A stretch of 64,000 nt of DNA from Eledone cirrhosa (GCA_964016885.1 OZ024746.1:58280001-58344000), one strand, 5' to 3'. Counted from the stretch's first letter, positions 44,521-61,140 are shown. A program made the numbers and translations. Notes: generated by a model from the letters alone, not told the origin.

Positions 44521-44759
44521 AGGGAAATTTTCATCGCCTCCTATGTAAGTGTTTATCCTTTGAATTCTATGAATGCTTTACAAATTTTGAAAGTTTTCGA
44601 TAAAGCGGCCATCTGGAGCTTTTAATTCTTTCTTCAGAGACTCAAGTTCGGCTATACTTCAGTCGATGCTGGTTAGTTTATAACCTGTGGCTCCAATAAT
44701 AACTAGTATGGAACTGAAGGTGTATCTTAGACACAGGATCTGCACACTCATAGTAAATG

Positions 44760-45030
44760 GTCCTTAGATATCTTACTTATGTTGCAGTCTTCTAGCCATA
44801 TTGGCATTAATTGTGCAGCTGATTTCTACAACAGGGCATGTATTCAATGTGTGGTCCCAAAAAACAATATCAGGCCTGGTGTGCTTTAATTTGGAGGTAG
44901 TTTTTATTTTTAGGAAATATCAGTATTACTTCGAGTCATCAGTCTGAACACATTCTTCTCTTTTTATTCTATTTTCATTTCTCGTAATTCATTCCAGATC
45001 GTGCTATCTTTCACATCATGCCTCCTGAGG
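44760..45030 (-). mobile_element. R4/Dong-like RLE fragment
   Basis: Homologous to 46200-46400 (RPDIV motif). Confidence 0.55.
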
Positions 45031-46129
45031 AGATATGTATATATATATATATACCGGTAACAATGCGAATCAACCAATGGTAGGTGGTTACATTCTTTCT
45101 TTCGTTAATTTTGTTTCTCTGAAATACAAAACCTCACATCGATGTTATCTCATGGTACCAGCAGATAGAATTACAGAGCTGTTGCCAAGGAAAATGGTCA
45201 TGAAAATACGCCTGGCTCATGTTTGCGGGTGGCCAATAGTTCAAATATTTCATTTCAAAGATTCACACAGCGTTCTGCCGTAGGTTTATTTTCGACGAAC
45301 AACAGTTTGCCTAAGCGTCGTCAAGTAATTCACATTTTACTTCCTTACAATATATCTATTTATTCTATTTATTCGGACATTATACTTTAAAATAGAAACA
45401 TTATTCAATTTCAAAGCTTCTTTATGTTCCTTTATAAGCCAGATTTCGTGCAATAGCAGGTTCGTTTCGAATTAGCTCTTCTGTATTATTGCTTGTTGTG
45501 AATAAAAGTTTTGCTTTCTATTCCATATACAACAAACCACTTCCAGTGGACAAAGGCGGTCTTCCTTATTTGCACAGCCATACATTAGTTTAGCTACCGA
45601 AGTAAAGAATTTTATTTTTACTTCTGTTGTGTGTAGTTGTGGTTTTATTGGCTGTGGTTGTCGTGTTGGTGTCGATGGCGGCGCCGATAGTGGCTTTTGT
45701 GGTGATGGTACTGTTTATTTTTTTTTTCCAACAACACTTTCCTCGAAACGTAAATAATGCGCAATTGTTCTAATTGAGTTGCTTGGCTATAACAAAAATG
45801 TATTTTAGTTAAAGGTTTCTTTTGGGGAAAAAAACATTCTTTGTATATAAAATGGCTTTTCATGTGTGAATGCCGGTTTAGTGAGAGAGAAGTGAAAGGG
45901 AGATATTAGATACTAAATTTATGCATATATGTATGTGTGAATGTATGTTTCTCTTTCTCTTCAGTTGAAGTACATTTTTGACCGGCCACCTTCCTGGTGG
46001 CAAGGTTGTAAAAGAAAATAAATTGCCATCCCTCGAATCGCAACAATGGTTTGCAAATGTTGATGGTGCCAGCTATCGCAGTCATGTGTATTCTATTAAT
46101 CCAAATGCACTTAAAATCCGAGTACACTT

Positions 46130-47195
46130 ATTCTTTGTCCAAATGGGTTAGTATATAACATGTAGCTCCAATAATGATTGTGTGTCTTGGATATTGGATC
46201 TGCAAGCTCCTCATCAATTGTCCGTATTGTCCTCCTTGTCTTGTATTTTTCTTACAACGTTTACATCAAGTGGGCAGCTGATCTCTACAACAGAACATGT
46301 TTCCTGTGTGTGGTTCCAAACAACAATATCAGGCCGGTTTTGCTTTAATTTGATAGCAGTTTTTATTTTCAGGTTCCACCATATTCTTTAGTGCAATCTA
46401 CCTCAACATATTCCTCCTAATTTCTTTTTAATTTCGTGTTCCTAAGTGCGTTGCAGATAGTTCTAGCTATCACGTCGTGTCTGATAGGGAGGTAGCAGCG
46501 AGACGACATTCTTTCGCTGTTGGCAACAATGTGGTTAACGTCTTCTATTCTTGTTTTACATAGCCTACATTTATTGTCGGCTGATGGCCCTCCTCTTTTG
46601 TGTAGCAGATATTTGGTAGGGTTCTCTTGTTCCTGTATTTCATAGAGATATCCTTCAAGGTGGTATGTCATAAACTTGTCGGTACTCCATGCCAGGCTTT
46701 TTTTAATGATTTATCCCCTCTATGCTCTGTGATTTTCGTCTCAGGTACATATTCACATCTTTCTCTGTAAATTGTTCTATTTTTTGTTTATCTTGTTCGA
46801 GCATCGAATATGATCTTCTAATTTCCCTGTGAGAGAGATTCCATATCTTTCCTCCAGATCAGTGGCTATCCTAATGATATTATTTCCTTCATGCTCATAA
46901 ACCTGGGCAAGATGGTTGCCGACCTTTTTCTTCTGTTGAAGATGTTGCTTCTGTGTTACTATCCGGGTCTTGTATGATATTCCTTGTGTGAGAAGTATAT
47001 CCTATCCTGTTAAAGTTTGATTTGAATTAAGGAGCTGAGTTATTTCTCCTCAAATCCAAGCTTAGTTATACGTTGGTCTAGGTGAGTTGATATATAACCT
47101 GTTGCACCAATAATAACGGTTATGAAACTGGAAGTGGATCTTAGATACTGGAACAGCATAAACCGCATCAATGGTCCGTAAATAAACTGCAATAC
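46130..47195 (-). mobile_element. Decayed R4/Dong-like LINE C-terminus
   Basis: IQEQE, zinc knuckle CRLCKTRIEDVNHIV, RHD motif, NRPDIVVW restriction-like endonuclease motif. Confidence 0.78.
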
Positions 47196-47200
47196 CTTTA

Positions 47201-47392
47201 GGGCGGTGGATTGGCAGTATCGGTAGAGGGTCAGACACCATGCTTTCCAGCATAGTTACGTCCCTTTACGATCTGAGTTCAAATCCCGCCGAGGTTGACT
47301 TTGCCTTTCATCCTTACGAGGTCGATAAAATAAAGTACCAGTAATGCACTGGAATAATTGATGGCCTTGTGCCAAAAGTAGAAACAATTATT
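47201..47392 (+). mobile_element. Full-length tRNA-derived SINE (family B; resembles octopod SINEs)
   Basis: GGCGGTGGATTGGCAG head, GAGTTCAAATCC B box, conserved core, GTAGAAACAATTATT tail. Confidence 0.92.
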
Positions 47393-47804
47393 CATATAAC
47401 CGGGAATGATTTTAATATTTGGTCAAAACCAACAATATTGGGTGATTGAGCTGTAATTTAGTGGCAGTTGAGACATCAATCTCAACATATTGTTCCTTAT
47501 TTGATTTGATGTTCGTCTTGTATATATAAATATGTAAGTATGTATGTATATATATGGATCTGTGCGTACACACGCACACACATACACATATATATATATT
47601 TATATGAGCGTAGAAAATGTTTTCTTTATGTATATCAAAAAATAATGATTAAACAAGATAACGGGTTAACTTTGATTCATATAAATCTCCAAGAAGGGGA
47701 TAATATTATATTTAAAGATCGCGGAGTATATAATATAGGCAAGTATATAATATAGGGCTAAAAATATTATAGATTTCGGGTAGAGGGAAAGTCTATATCA
47801 CCTT

Positions 47805-48120
47805 AGAAACGGAAAATCAGTGGTGAGACGAATTAAAATGTATTAGAGATATTACAATCGTTTCTCTGGCGTTTTTGGAAACTCTGCTTCGAAAAATCGA
47901 GACGGATCAGAGGATCTTGCGATTTCAGAGTCAGGTTCGATCATTGCATCGATCGTGACTCGAGCTGGTCGCGAGAGAAACGATTGTAATATGTCTAATA
48001 AATTTTAATTCGTCGCACCACTGGTTCTCCGTTTCTTATGTGATTTTATACTCTGCTCTGCAAGAGCATCGAGTGCTCAAACGGCCTACCGCTTACGGAC
48101 GCTTTAAGCATCCCACACCA
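47805..48120. mobile_element. Fold-back insert
   Basis: About 62-bp arms 47806-47867 and 47974-48035; GAAACGATTGTA in the right arm. Confidence 0.68.
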
Positions 48121-48122
48121 AT

Positions 48123-48192
<70 letters not shown>

Positions 48193-48336
48193 CAAGGTTT
48201 AGCAAATAGAGAAAAAGTTTTAAAGTAAATTTTTAAAAGTTTACTGTACCTACTATATTTACCCTTACCGCGCGGTTTCAAGTCTCAAAATAAATGGATA
48301 ATCCATGCGGAAATCCATTGAGAAGAAGACATTCGT

Positions 48337-48471
<135 letters not shown>

Positions 48472-48666
48472 ATAAAATCCCGAATTCGGAGCCAAGGAAT
48501 TTCGGCTTGGATGTTCAGGAAGACTTTTCCAAAGGTGTAGTAATATTTGTAGTGGGTGAAAAATAGATCACTGGTCTTGGTAGTTGAATTTGGCGCCGCT
48601 GTCGGGTTTTTACATATCTCTATACCCACTCTGCATCTACCCCTGCACTGCAGACTCCCCCCCCCC

Positions 48667-48716
<50 letters not shown>

Positions 48717-48887
48717 TCTCTCTCGCCCCGTACGTCCTTTCAATCTTTCTAATTCCTCATTTTCTCTTCTAATGCAGGATTAGCGTCCGAAACGTTAAGA
48801 CCCTCTTCCTGCTATTTCAAGCGTTAACCTAGTATATTCCTTCCATTATACTGTACCGATTGTGTTGTTATTTCTGTTTACTTACAT

Positions 48888-48944
<57 letters not shown>

Positions 48945-49102
48945 TAGAGAGAGAGAGAGAGAGTCTCACATATCCGTAGCGCGCATGTGTAATTCAATAA
49001 TAAGAAGCTTCAGTTTAGCCAGGAATATACTCTCACACACATAAATTTATATCATATATAATCAAACATATGTATATAAATATATATATACATATATATA
49101 TG

Positions 49103-49212
<110 letters not shown>

Positions 49213-49804
49213 GAAAAAGGTGTGTGGGAATGTATAAGAACGAGTGGTTTGGTTTGATTTATCTTACGGATTAATTGATCAATATAGCCCAAGTATATGC
49301 CTACATGCCTTTTCCTTCAACTCTCTAACAGTTTCTCAAACTGGACAACTGAGAATGGTTCTACAACATTCTTTGTGTAAGCAGTTGAAAATATTACAGA
49401 ATAGAAATCTATTGTTTTGTTTTTAGTATTACCTCATGCAGAACTGAATTTATCACAATATGATATATGAATACTTTTCGCCTGTTCATATGTTTGCTAT
49501 ATTTCTTCTGTTATTTCTTTAGTTTTGGGGGTTTTTTTGTGTGTGTTTCAAGAACTAGCGAGTTGTTTCTCGGAGTTGTCTGAAATATATTTACTTTATT
49601 TGGCAGCAACTGTAAACACATGTATTTATAGACTGGAAAGTATGAAAAGTAAGTTAGTTTTTCTGTTGTTTCTGAAGTGAAATTGCTACAAACTTTTTGG
49701 CAGTTTTCAATTGTCATTGCCTCAGAATTATGTTTGAACCATGTAAAAATTTACATTATATATATATATATATATATGTATTGACATACATATATACATA
49801 TATG

Positions 49805-49889
<85 letters not shown>

Positions 49890-49891
<2 letters not shown>

Positions 49892-50363
49892 AAAGTTATA
49901 TTTAAAATTGTTGAGTTACAACTAGTAAATATTTATAACTGATATAAAAGCACTCGACAAATATTTGGAGTATATTTACAATATTAAATAAATGGAAACT
50001 ATATTTATAAAACCATATTTATTTCATTATATATATTTCGGGGATATCATATTAACAATATGCTATGCCTTCCTCAGACAAAATACAATATAAATAGTTT
50101 TATAGATAAATAGATTCGACATACCGTTATAACACCGACTTCCATTTGAAGAGGTTTAAGCTGGCAGAGAGGTTTAAGCTGCCAGCTTAAACCTCTTCAA
50201 ATGGAAGTCGGTGTTATAACGGTATGTCGAATCTATTTATCTATAAAACTATTTATATTGTATTTTGTCTGAGGAAGGCATAGCATATTGTTAATATGAT
50301 ATCCCCGAAATATATATAATGAAATAAATATGGTTTTATAAATATAGTTTCCATTTATTTAAT

Positions 50364-50369
<6 letters not shown>
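49890..50369. mobile_element. Fold-back pLTR with about 190-bp apparently perfect arms
   Basis: 49977-50167 is inverted to 50179-50369; CTGAGGA...GAAATATATATA motif 50269-50318; deleted copy at 61327-61435. Confidence 0.88.
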
Positions 50370-50420
<51 letters not shown>

Positions 50421-52307
50421 ACATATAAATTACCACGATGTTGCACTGCTTCTTATTAACTATAAAATATTTAATTGTCTATAACAAATTTACTATAGAA
50501 AGAACTAGGAAACAATTACATAAAATTTTTAAAAACTTAAACTTAGGTATCACCTTAGATAAAAACACTAAAAACGTTAACTTCTTTGATGGGACCCTTT
50601 ACCTGGACTGTAAAATATATACACCCTTTCATAAACCAAACGAAAAACTACTTTATGTAGATATCATCTCTAACCACCCTAAATCCATATTAAACTCAAT
50701 TACTAAAGGAATATCTAATAGAATCTCTAACCTATCATATAACGAAACCATATTTAACAATAATTCCCCATACTATAATGAGACCTTAGCTAAATAAGGA
50801 CATACAAATGAGATTAAATTTCTACCTATAAAATCACCTAGTTACAACATTATTTCCTACGATATGGCCACGAGGAAAAATAATAAAAGTACTAGCCACT
50901 CTAACTCTAATACGAAGGGTAATATCAAACTTAACTCGCACCAGAATAAACACAACAATAATAATATAAACAGAAATATAAACAATAGCTCAAATAACGT
51001 TACAAAAAACAAAAATAGAAGAACTAATATATTCTTCAATCCCCCTTTCAATTTAAACGTCTCTACCAACTTGCCTAAGGATTCTTCTCAATCCTGGAAA
51101 AAAACTTCCCAGCCGGCCACAAATACCATAATCTTATCAATAAAAATACCATTAAAATCTCTTACTCTACCACACCTAACATCGCACACCATGTAGCTAG
51201 TAGTAATAAAATGAAGATTAATAATTATTTCCAACTAATTAAATCACAACAGGAGGAAAATTTACAGAGCAACATAGTACCAGAGAATTCTAGTAGCAAT
51301 AATAATAATGATAATAGCACTAATGAAATTAATAACAATGAGAACGACAACCCTCATTAACCTAATGCTACCCCTAACAACCAGACATCTACACAACATA
51401 GTAACCGGCAAGGAAACAACCAGAATAACTGAACTGTAGAACAAATAGAACTTGCACCTTGGTTAAAAATTGCTTAATCAAAGGCATCATTTACTCAGGC
51501 AGGGTCAAAACAAGCAACTCTTCTAAAGCATATATCGGTTCAACTTCGAACTGCTTCAAGACGAGATATAACTCGCATCTCCATACTTTCAAAAGTCGCA
51601 ATCTAGCCAACTCCACTTCTTTATCTAGCTACATACACTCTCTGAAAACTAGGAATAGACCATATACACTTCAATGGGAAGTAATAGATAGGGCCGCATC
51701 GTATAAACAACCGAATGAATTATGTAACCTCTCTCTTCTAGAGACCCGTAATATAATATATTCTAAACTAGACCTCCTAAATAGAAAATCAGAGATTTTT
51801 TCCATGTGCTAGCAATGCCACCGACACTCTTTCCATAGATTTAAACCTAGCTGCTAGTATATAACAATGTCAGATCTGAATTCCTTACCACCATTAACAC
51901 TTCACCTCTAGGTCTTATCAGCATATAATTACCCCCACAGCATCACACTCTATGATCAGCTCATCCCTCTACCTAACTCCTATTTATCTGAAACCTTATA
52001 CTCTACAATAACTATTAGGAATAAACATAAAGTTAACACCATTTAATATAACCACTATAGATTGCTTATATTATATTCAGTAATGGATAGATAATAATAT
52101 GATGAGACACTTAATGTGTTATAGGAAAATAAATTATATTTATAATTAAATATATAAATTAATAGCATTATATATAAGTGATTAAATTATAATATAATAT
52201 AATGGTTATTAATAAAACAAGAGTTTTAACTAATTGGACCTGTAAACAACTATACATTTTTTTTCTATAGATTACTTATACTTTATTCAGTTATAGATAA
52301 CAATATA

Positions 52308-52483
52308 ATTGTTTCTACTTTTGGCACAAGGCCAGCAATTATCCCAGTACATTACTGGTACTTTATTTTATCGACCCCGTAAGGATGGAAGGCAAAGTTA
52401 ACCTCAGCGGGATTTGAACTCAGACCGTAAAGGGGCGAAACTATGCTAGAAAGCATGGCGGCCAACCCTCTCCCGATACTGCT
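52308..52483 (-). mobile_element. SINE family B
   Basis: Homologous to 47201-47392. Confidence 0.9.
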
Positions 52484-53263
52484 ATTTAATGTATTATAGA
52501 AAAAAGATTGTATTTAAAATTAAATATAAACAAATAGCATTATATAAAAGGGATTCACTTGTAACACAATATAATGTATATTAGCACAAAGAATTTAACT
52601 AATTGGAGTTGTAAACAACTATACATTTTTTTCCATTTTTTCTAATTTCTTCTATCATATACAATTTAATCCCTAGTTACCTACCCTTTCGCATTAGCTC
52701 CCCTTAATATAGATCTCAAACTCAGTTCCGGAATGGAAAAGATAGCAATAACATTGATACTCTCAACACATACACATTTGAACATTACAGAAACAATCAT
52801 CACATACATCCACCATAAACTCATAATTTTAATACACAAACATCTTTGTCTGCTTGATATGCTTGTAAGCCTACGTTATTTTATGTGATGACTTTGCCAT
52901 GCAGTAATTATATATGCCTAGCACCATTCCTTGTTTCCTTCCCGTATATGCTTAACGCATTTGCACTCTCTATACGCTTGCATATGTACTGCTAGTGTCC
53001 TCGTTTTACGAGTAAATTTCTACCTTAATGACTCGTTAATTATTATACTATTCCTTTGTAATCTCTGTCGCATGCATTCCACTCTGTGCCTTTTTAATTT
53101 TTAATTTTTAATCTTATTTAATTATTGTACAATTCTCTTGTAATCTATGTCGCATCCATTCCACTCTGTAAATACGAAACTGTTGTTGACAACATTAATA
53201 TCCATGTATCTATATGATTGTTTAGTTTAATAGGAGGTTAATTATATGTACAAATATTGCTAG

Positions 53264-53310
53264 TGCTCCGATGAATCCAAACGAAAGTTTGGAAGAAACG
53301 ATTGTCAGCA
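53264..53310 (+). ncRNA. Type I hammerhead motif (U4C variant)
   Basis: TGCT-CCGATGA-AT-CCAAAC-GAAA-GTTTGG-AA-GAAAC-GATT-GTC-AGCA. Confidence 0.75.
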
Positions 53311-53684
53311 ATAAAATGATTTGAACATAGCTTTGATTATTGTTTAATTTATATCCCTGCTCTGTAAAACATCTGATGTATTTATATTGAACGATTTTTC
53401 TTACGGGTAATAAGGTAGTAATGAATTACTGACCTTTCCTGTTTATAGTTGTATATAGTGTATACATGACTATAAATAATATTATTATTATTATGTATAC
53501 ATATATATACATATATATTTACATATATATATATATACATATATATACATATATGTATATATATATATATATATATACATATATGTATATATATATGTAT
53601 ATATATATATACATATATGTATATATATATACATATATGTATATATATATATACATATATACATATATACATGTATACATATAT

Positions 53685-53957
53685 GAAGGCGCATGGCTTA
53701 GTGATAAGATCGTCGGGCTTAAAATCGTGCGGTTGTGTGTTCGATCCTCGGACCAGCCTTTGGGTTGTGACCATGAGCAGACAATTTATTTCACGTTGTT
53801 CCAAGTCACTCAACTGTTCCAAGTCACTCAAGCTGTATCGCCCTGTGCCTTTACCTTGGACAACATCGGAGACATTTGGTTTTCTTACGGGGTCGATAGA
53901 ATAAAGTACCAGTAATACACTGGTGACGGCCTTGTGCCAAAAGTAGAAACAATTATT
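53685..53957 (+). mobile_element. SINE family A-like head abutting a family B 3' half
   Basis: GAAGGCGCATGGCTTAGTG..GTTCGATCC followed from about 53885 by CTTACGGGGTCGATA..GTAGAAAC. Confidence 0.72.
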
Positions 53958-53960
53958 ATT

Positions 53961-54003
<43 letters not shown>

Positions 54004-54007
54004 AATA

Positions 54008-54195
54008 ATTGTTTCTATGTTAGGAACAAGGCCAGCAATTATCCAGTGCATTACTGGTACTTTATTTTATCGACCTCCTAAGGATGAAAGGCAAAGTTAA
54101 CCTTGGCGGGATTTGAACTCAGAATGGCAAGGGCCGTAACTCTATACGTCAAAGCATGGCGTCCGACCCTCTACCAAACTGCCAATCTACCGCCA
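54008..54195 (-). mobile_element. SINE family B
   Basis: Full-length homolog of 47201-47392. Confidence 0.9.
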
Positions 54196-54303
54196 TATGA
54201 TAATAATAATAATATTGAAAAGAAGTCATCGGAAGAACCCGCGTATCTCTGACCGTTCTGTCACTCACTCGATGCTATAACTAATCCAGCATCATTATGA
54301 TAC

Positions 54304-54480
54304 CAGTGTTGGTAGAGGGTCGGACGCCATGCTTTGACGCATAGAGTTACGGCCCTTGCCATTCTGTGTTCAAATGCCGCCGAGGTTAACTTTCCCTTTC
54401 ATCCTTACGGGGTCGATAAAGTAAAGTACCAGTAATACACTGGTATAATTACTGGCCTTGTGCCAAAAGTAGAAACAATT
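54304..54480 (+). mobile_element. SINE family B with 10-bp TSD
   Basis: TSD ATTATGATAC at 54294-54303 and 54478-54487. Confidence 0.9.
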
Positions 54481-54712
54481 ATGATACGAATATATATAAG
54501 TGGGTGGGTGTGAGTACGTTTGTATGAGTATGCCTGTCGCATGTTCTTATCGTTTATCTCATTTAAATATTCTACCTCACAAATTCATAAAATCTTAATG
54601 TTATATAACGTATAATTACCCGAAACAACGAGCTCTATTATTAAGTGGCACTGATCAACATCGTATATTGTTATCTCTTCCTCTCACATTTCCCTCACTC
54701 TCTCTCAGGCTG

Positions 54713-54761
<49 letters not shown>

Positions 54762-57263
54762 CTTGGTATTTTCCCTTTTGTTCGCTCAATCTTCAAGATT
54801 TCCATCAGAAACCTTGACCAGAATAATGTCATTTATTCAACTTTATCTGTAAATATAGTAAAACAATCCGATTATGTCGACTGTATTACCTTTCGTTTCC
54901 ACGTTGCTATAAGCCTGATTTTTCTAAAATATAAACTACTTCATTCTATTTAGACTAATGTACAGAACGACATGAAAATATTTTCTCAATTTATCTTTAT
55001 TCATTTTCGTTCCATTGATCGCTACCCATGCTTGAAATTGAGATAGTTTTATGATCCGTTATCTCTATCTACCATTAGGGCGTCCTCAATTCTTTTTTGG
55101 AGGCATCGCGTCCTCCAGAGAGATGTAATAGTAAATACAAGTAGAATATTTGATGTGGCCAAATAGATTTTATTTCATTAATAATGGGTTATATCATTCC
55201 TCGTAGGAATCTAATCTGAATGATACATGATATATAACAAATACGAAATACAAAATGAAAAAAAAAAAAAATAAATAAACCTCTGAAACTCAGCACTTTT
55301 ATAAATGAACAATTGTATATTTAAGATGCTGACATTGAGAGACACCATAGTCCTTGGTAAATTCTGTAATTTTCTCTATATTAACCAAACCACTAGATAA
55401 CTATTCATCTATTCATCCCGATATTGTTTGTTTCCTAATTGAATGTCAACAGAACATGCTAGTTATTGGCACTATTAGGCTAGCAATTCTTTAGTGTTAT
55501 TGAAATTATGCTCTCAGAATCACAAAATCGCAGAATCGCGAATATCTTCAATAGAAATTTCTAATACAAAAATGTCAACTTATTCAAATAGTAAAAATTT
55601 CAATTATTTCTTCTGTTTAACTTTTGGAAATCTTTGCATTTCTAAATCTAGGCCTAACATGAAAAATATCAGGACCCCCAGCAGCAGTAGTTAACAATAG
55701 ACTTGAATCCAGATTATAACGCTGTCTCATCAGCACAGATTTTCATATTCTATCAGAAACACCAAGAGTTTTTACAATTAGACTCAGAATTATGCTCCAT
55801 CTTTATTATTGTTTTCTCACACACGAAATGATTATTTTTGGAGAGTTGCAATGATAACGTTCTCAGTTCACGTATTGCATTCTTAATTCATTTACTATTT
55901 CTTTATATTTCATTTGCATGTTTGTCACACATATTTTTCTTTAATGTATAACCTTTCTTCTTTGTATTTAAATGGTGGTGTCATTCCTTTCCAAGCAAAC
56001 GATCTACATGAGATATATTTCACATGCAGTGATTCATGTGAATTGCTTTTCATAGATATTATGACTCGGATAATGTTGCTATCTAAGCACATGTCAACAC
56101 GTCATGCTCGTACCACAAGTAGAAATTATCTCTCTAAATCACACGATATATAACTAGAAAGAATAAAACGTAATAGTAAATATCCCCTCTATAAGGAACG
56201 GAATCGATTGTTAGATCGGAGCAATGTAACAATGCTGTCATTGTACCTTCCAATGCTGATATAAATTGCTGTGTGTAACGACTGGAAGAAGCAACACTCA
56301 TCAAGGACAATATAGTCTGAAGACGACACTATATAGACATTCTAGAAATGGCAACGTCTGAATGATCATGAACTATAGCATTTCAAATTTTTCAATATTT
56401 CTTAAAGTCAACGGTTATTTACTCTTCTAGCTTCAAATTTAAAATATTCCGAAAGTAGCACCTGGAGATGTTACAATGTTTATTTACAATATCTTAAACA
56501 GTTTCACAAGTTTGATGGAAAGACGTGGAAATATGCTGTAATTGTCTTTCCTCTGGAAATCATGTACGTTCTCGTTTTATGGAGGGAACATGACTCAGGT
56601 TGCTATCGTTTTAAGGAACAATCTGATTGGTTAAAAATGATTACCTGATTAGACATTGAATTTTGTAAGTTTTCTACTACGCCAATGCATAAGTGTCATG
56701 TGACAAGAAAGTAATAATTGGTTCCACTTTTTGCACAAGGCCAGCAATTTGATGGAAATAGGCGAAGTTGATTAAGTTCACTCCACTTCTAGTCCAGTAT
56801 CTATTAATGGATACAATCTTTCAAGTAGTATTTTTTACACTCTAGCCAGAGTAAACTGAAAATGTGTCTGGGAAATACTGTGAGAGCCCTTCACAACAAT
56901 TCCATCCGCCGAGCATTATGGTAGGGATCAAACAAAACAGAGTTTCTATGTATGAATTACATTTAGACAGATGTTATGCAATCCTATTTATTCCATGATA
57001 TATTTTTCAGTGACATCAATGCGGAAGTGGTTTCTTGCAAACACAGGAACGTTTGCGTGCGCACCCATTTTCTCCCTTTTCTCCCTCATCTGTTCATCAT
57101 ACTTTATTATATAATTTGATTTCAGTTATGCTCCCCCTTGTCCTTACATGCCCACAATGTTTTTAAGTGTATTCACATATGGTTGTATATGGGCGCATAT
57201 ATGTGTATTTATACATATACACATGTATGTGGGTGTATGTGTATATATGTGTGTATATATATA

Positions 57264-57781
<518 letters not shown>

Positions 57782-57784
57782 ATA

Positions 57785-59134
<1,350 letters not shown>

Positions 59135-59372
59135 AATATAAATTAGCGAGAATCGTTTTCAGCTCAGGAATTAACGAAAATCAACGTCCGATATGTGTGG
59201 CAAGCGCTCGATGAATCATATGAATCAGAGCTACAACATACGTTAAGGGCCAAACACACTGAGATGATGGTTAAACATATCATCCGCACAGCCAAAATCA
59301 AAACGACCAAGTAATTCGGGTCAAACAATAAAAATATATGTGTTGATACTTTCCCGGACCCTGGACTGATGG

Positions 59373-59441
<69 letters not shown>

Positions 59442-59580
59442 TGTTATAAGATAGTAATGAATACTGTCTTTCACTATTTTGCGTTTAAAATATATATAAC
59501 TATATAAGGTTTCATTATATACATAACCATAAATAGTATCCTTAATACTATATATATGTATATATATATATATATGTAAG

Positions 59581-59872
59581 TATACGTACATACATATATG
59601 CATACAGACGTACATTAGCATGCATATATATATATATATATATATACATAGCCTGCATATATGTATATACATACAGGTACACATATATATATGTACGTAC
59701 CAGTTTAGCGGACGTTTATTATAACGCCCGCTTTGTCGGACAAAGCGGGCGTTATAATAAACGTCCGCTAAACTGATACGTACATATATATATGTGTACC
59801 TGTATGTATATATATATATATATATGCATGATACTGTACGTCTGTATACATATATGTATGTACGTATACATA
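59581..59872. repeat. Fold-back with GC-rich perfect core
   Basis: CAGTTTAGCGGACGTTTATTATAACGCCCGCTTTGTC-G-GACAAAGCGGGCGTTATAATAAACGTCCGCTAAACTG. Confidence 0.8.
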
Positions 59873-59961
59873 CATACTTACATTTAAGTAAGTGCCGTAC
59901 TAAGAGTGAGAAATGAAATTTCGTTTCATTATATTACAACTTATATATATATATATAGGAA

Positions 59962-60174
59962 CGATCGACTTTCGTCAAATCGGACCGACGGGACAATGTT
60001 TCCGTTGGTCTTTCCAATTGCTAATACTATCTATCGGTCGCAACTCCAGGTAGAAGGTGCAACGTAAAATAAAGTGTCTTGCTCAAGGACATAACGCATC
60101 GCCTGGTCCAGGAATCGAACTCACAACCTTACGATTGCGAATCCAATTCCCTAACCACTCAGCCACACGCCTTC
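59962..60174 (-). mobile_element. SINE family A
   Basis: Homologous to 633-845. Confidence 0.88.
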
Positions 60175-61081
60175 ACTATATATATATATATATATTAATA
60201 ATAAATATATATATATATATATATATATATTAATAATAATAAATTTGTAGACTAAAATCCAAAGAGGGCTCGATAAGGATAAATATATATCAAATATATA
60301 AGAACTGTAGAGCAAATATTTATTAAAATAACAGTTTAAAGTTTAAGCAAAGAATCGCTGCTTTCACCCGTAATGGGATCTTCTGAAACTAACAAAGTCA
60401 ATCTGTAAACGCCGAAGTGGATATTTCAAAACATTTTGCAACCAGAAGAAGACAGGAAGACGATACTTTGGTTCGTTGAAACGTTCCCTGGCAAAGAACG
60501 GGAAAAAACGAATATAATACGTCATTATTTGGAGCGGTAAAAAACAATTACACGCAAAGACAGAACCACGTTTATGGTATAAAATAAGTCGTAGACTAAT
60601 GTTCTCTTAGGTGGTTCATAGAGACGTTTTCTGGCAATGAACGGAAAAAACGAAGATATTACGTCACATGTGGTTCGTTGAGAACAATTGCACTCAAAGA
60701 CAAAACCACGTAAATGGTATAACTGAAGTCGTAGACTAAAATTCTAACTAGGAAACCGAATGATTCTCGGCTTCAGAGTTAAGAATAAAGTAAATAAAGT
60801 ACAGAGGCAATTGAAATTAAATAAATACATACACCCATCCCTATACAGACACAAGCATACGCGAAAACACTCGCCATAGGTATACAAATACACGCACATA
60901 TAAATGTGTGTGTGTGTGCGTGTATACAAATAATTAAATAAACGTATATAAATAAATAAATACGTATATAACAAGCGCACACACATACCTACATGTAAAT
61001 ACACATATGTTCGGAGACCTACGTTAACCAAAACACAAAGTACGCATATGCACACAACCAACATACGTACGAACCCGCATA

Positions 61082-61135
<54 letters not shown>

Positions 61136-61140
<5 letters not shown>

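Larger units (their letters stand above)
50438..53475 (+). mobile_element. Decayed Hydra-type PLE with 3' UTR and HHR, interrupted by a SINE
   Basis: VNFFDGT, PFHKPN, SNHP, FFNPPFN, GIIYS..YIGST, LQW, LLNRKSE; HHR at 53264-53310. Confidence 0.82.
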
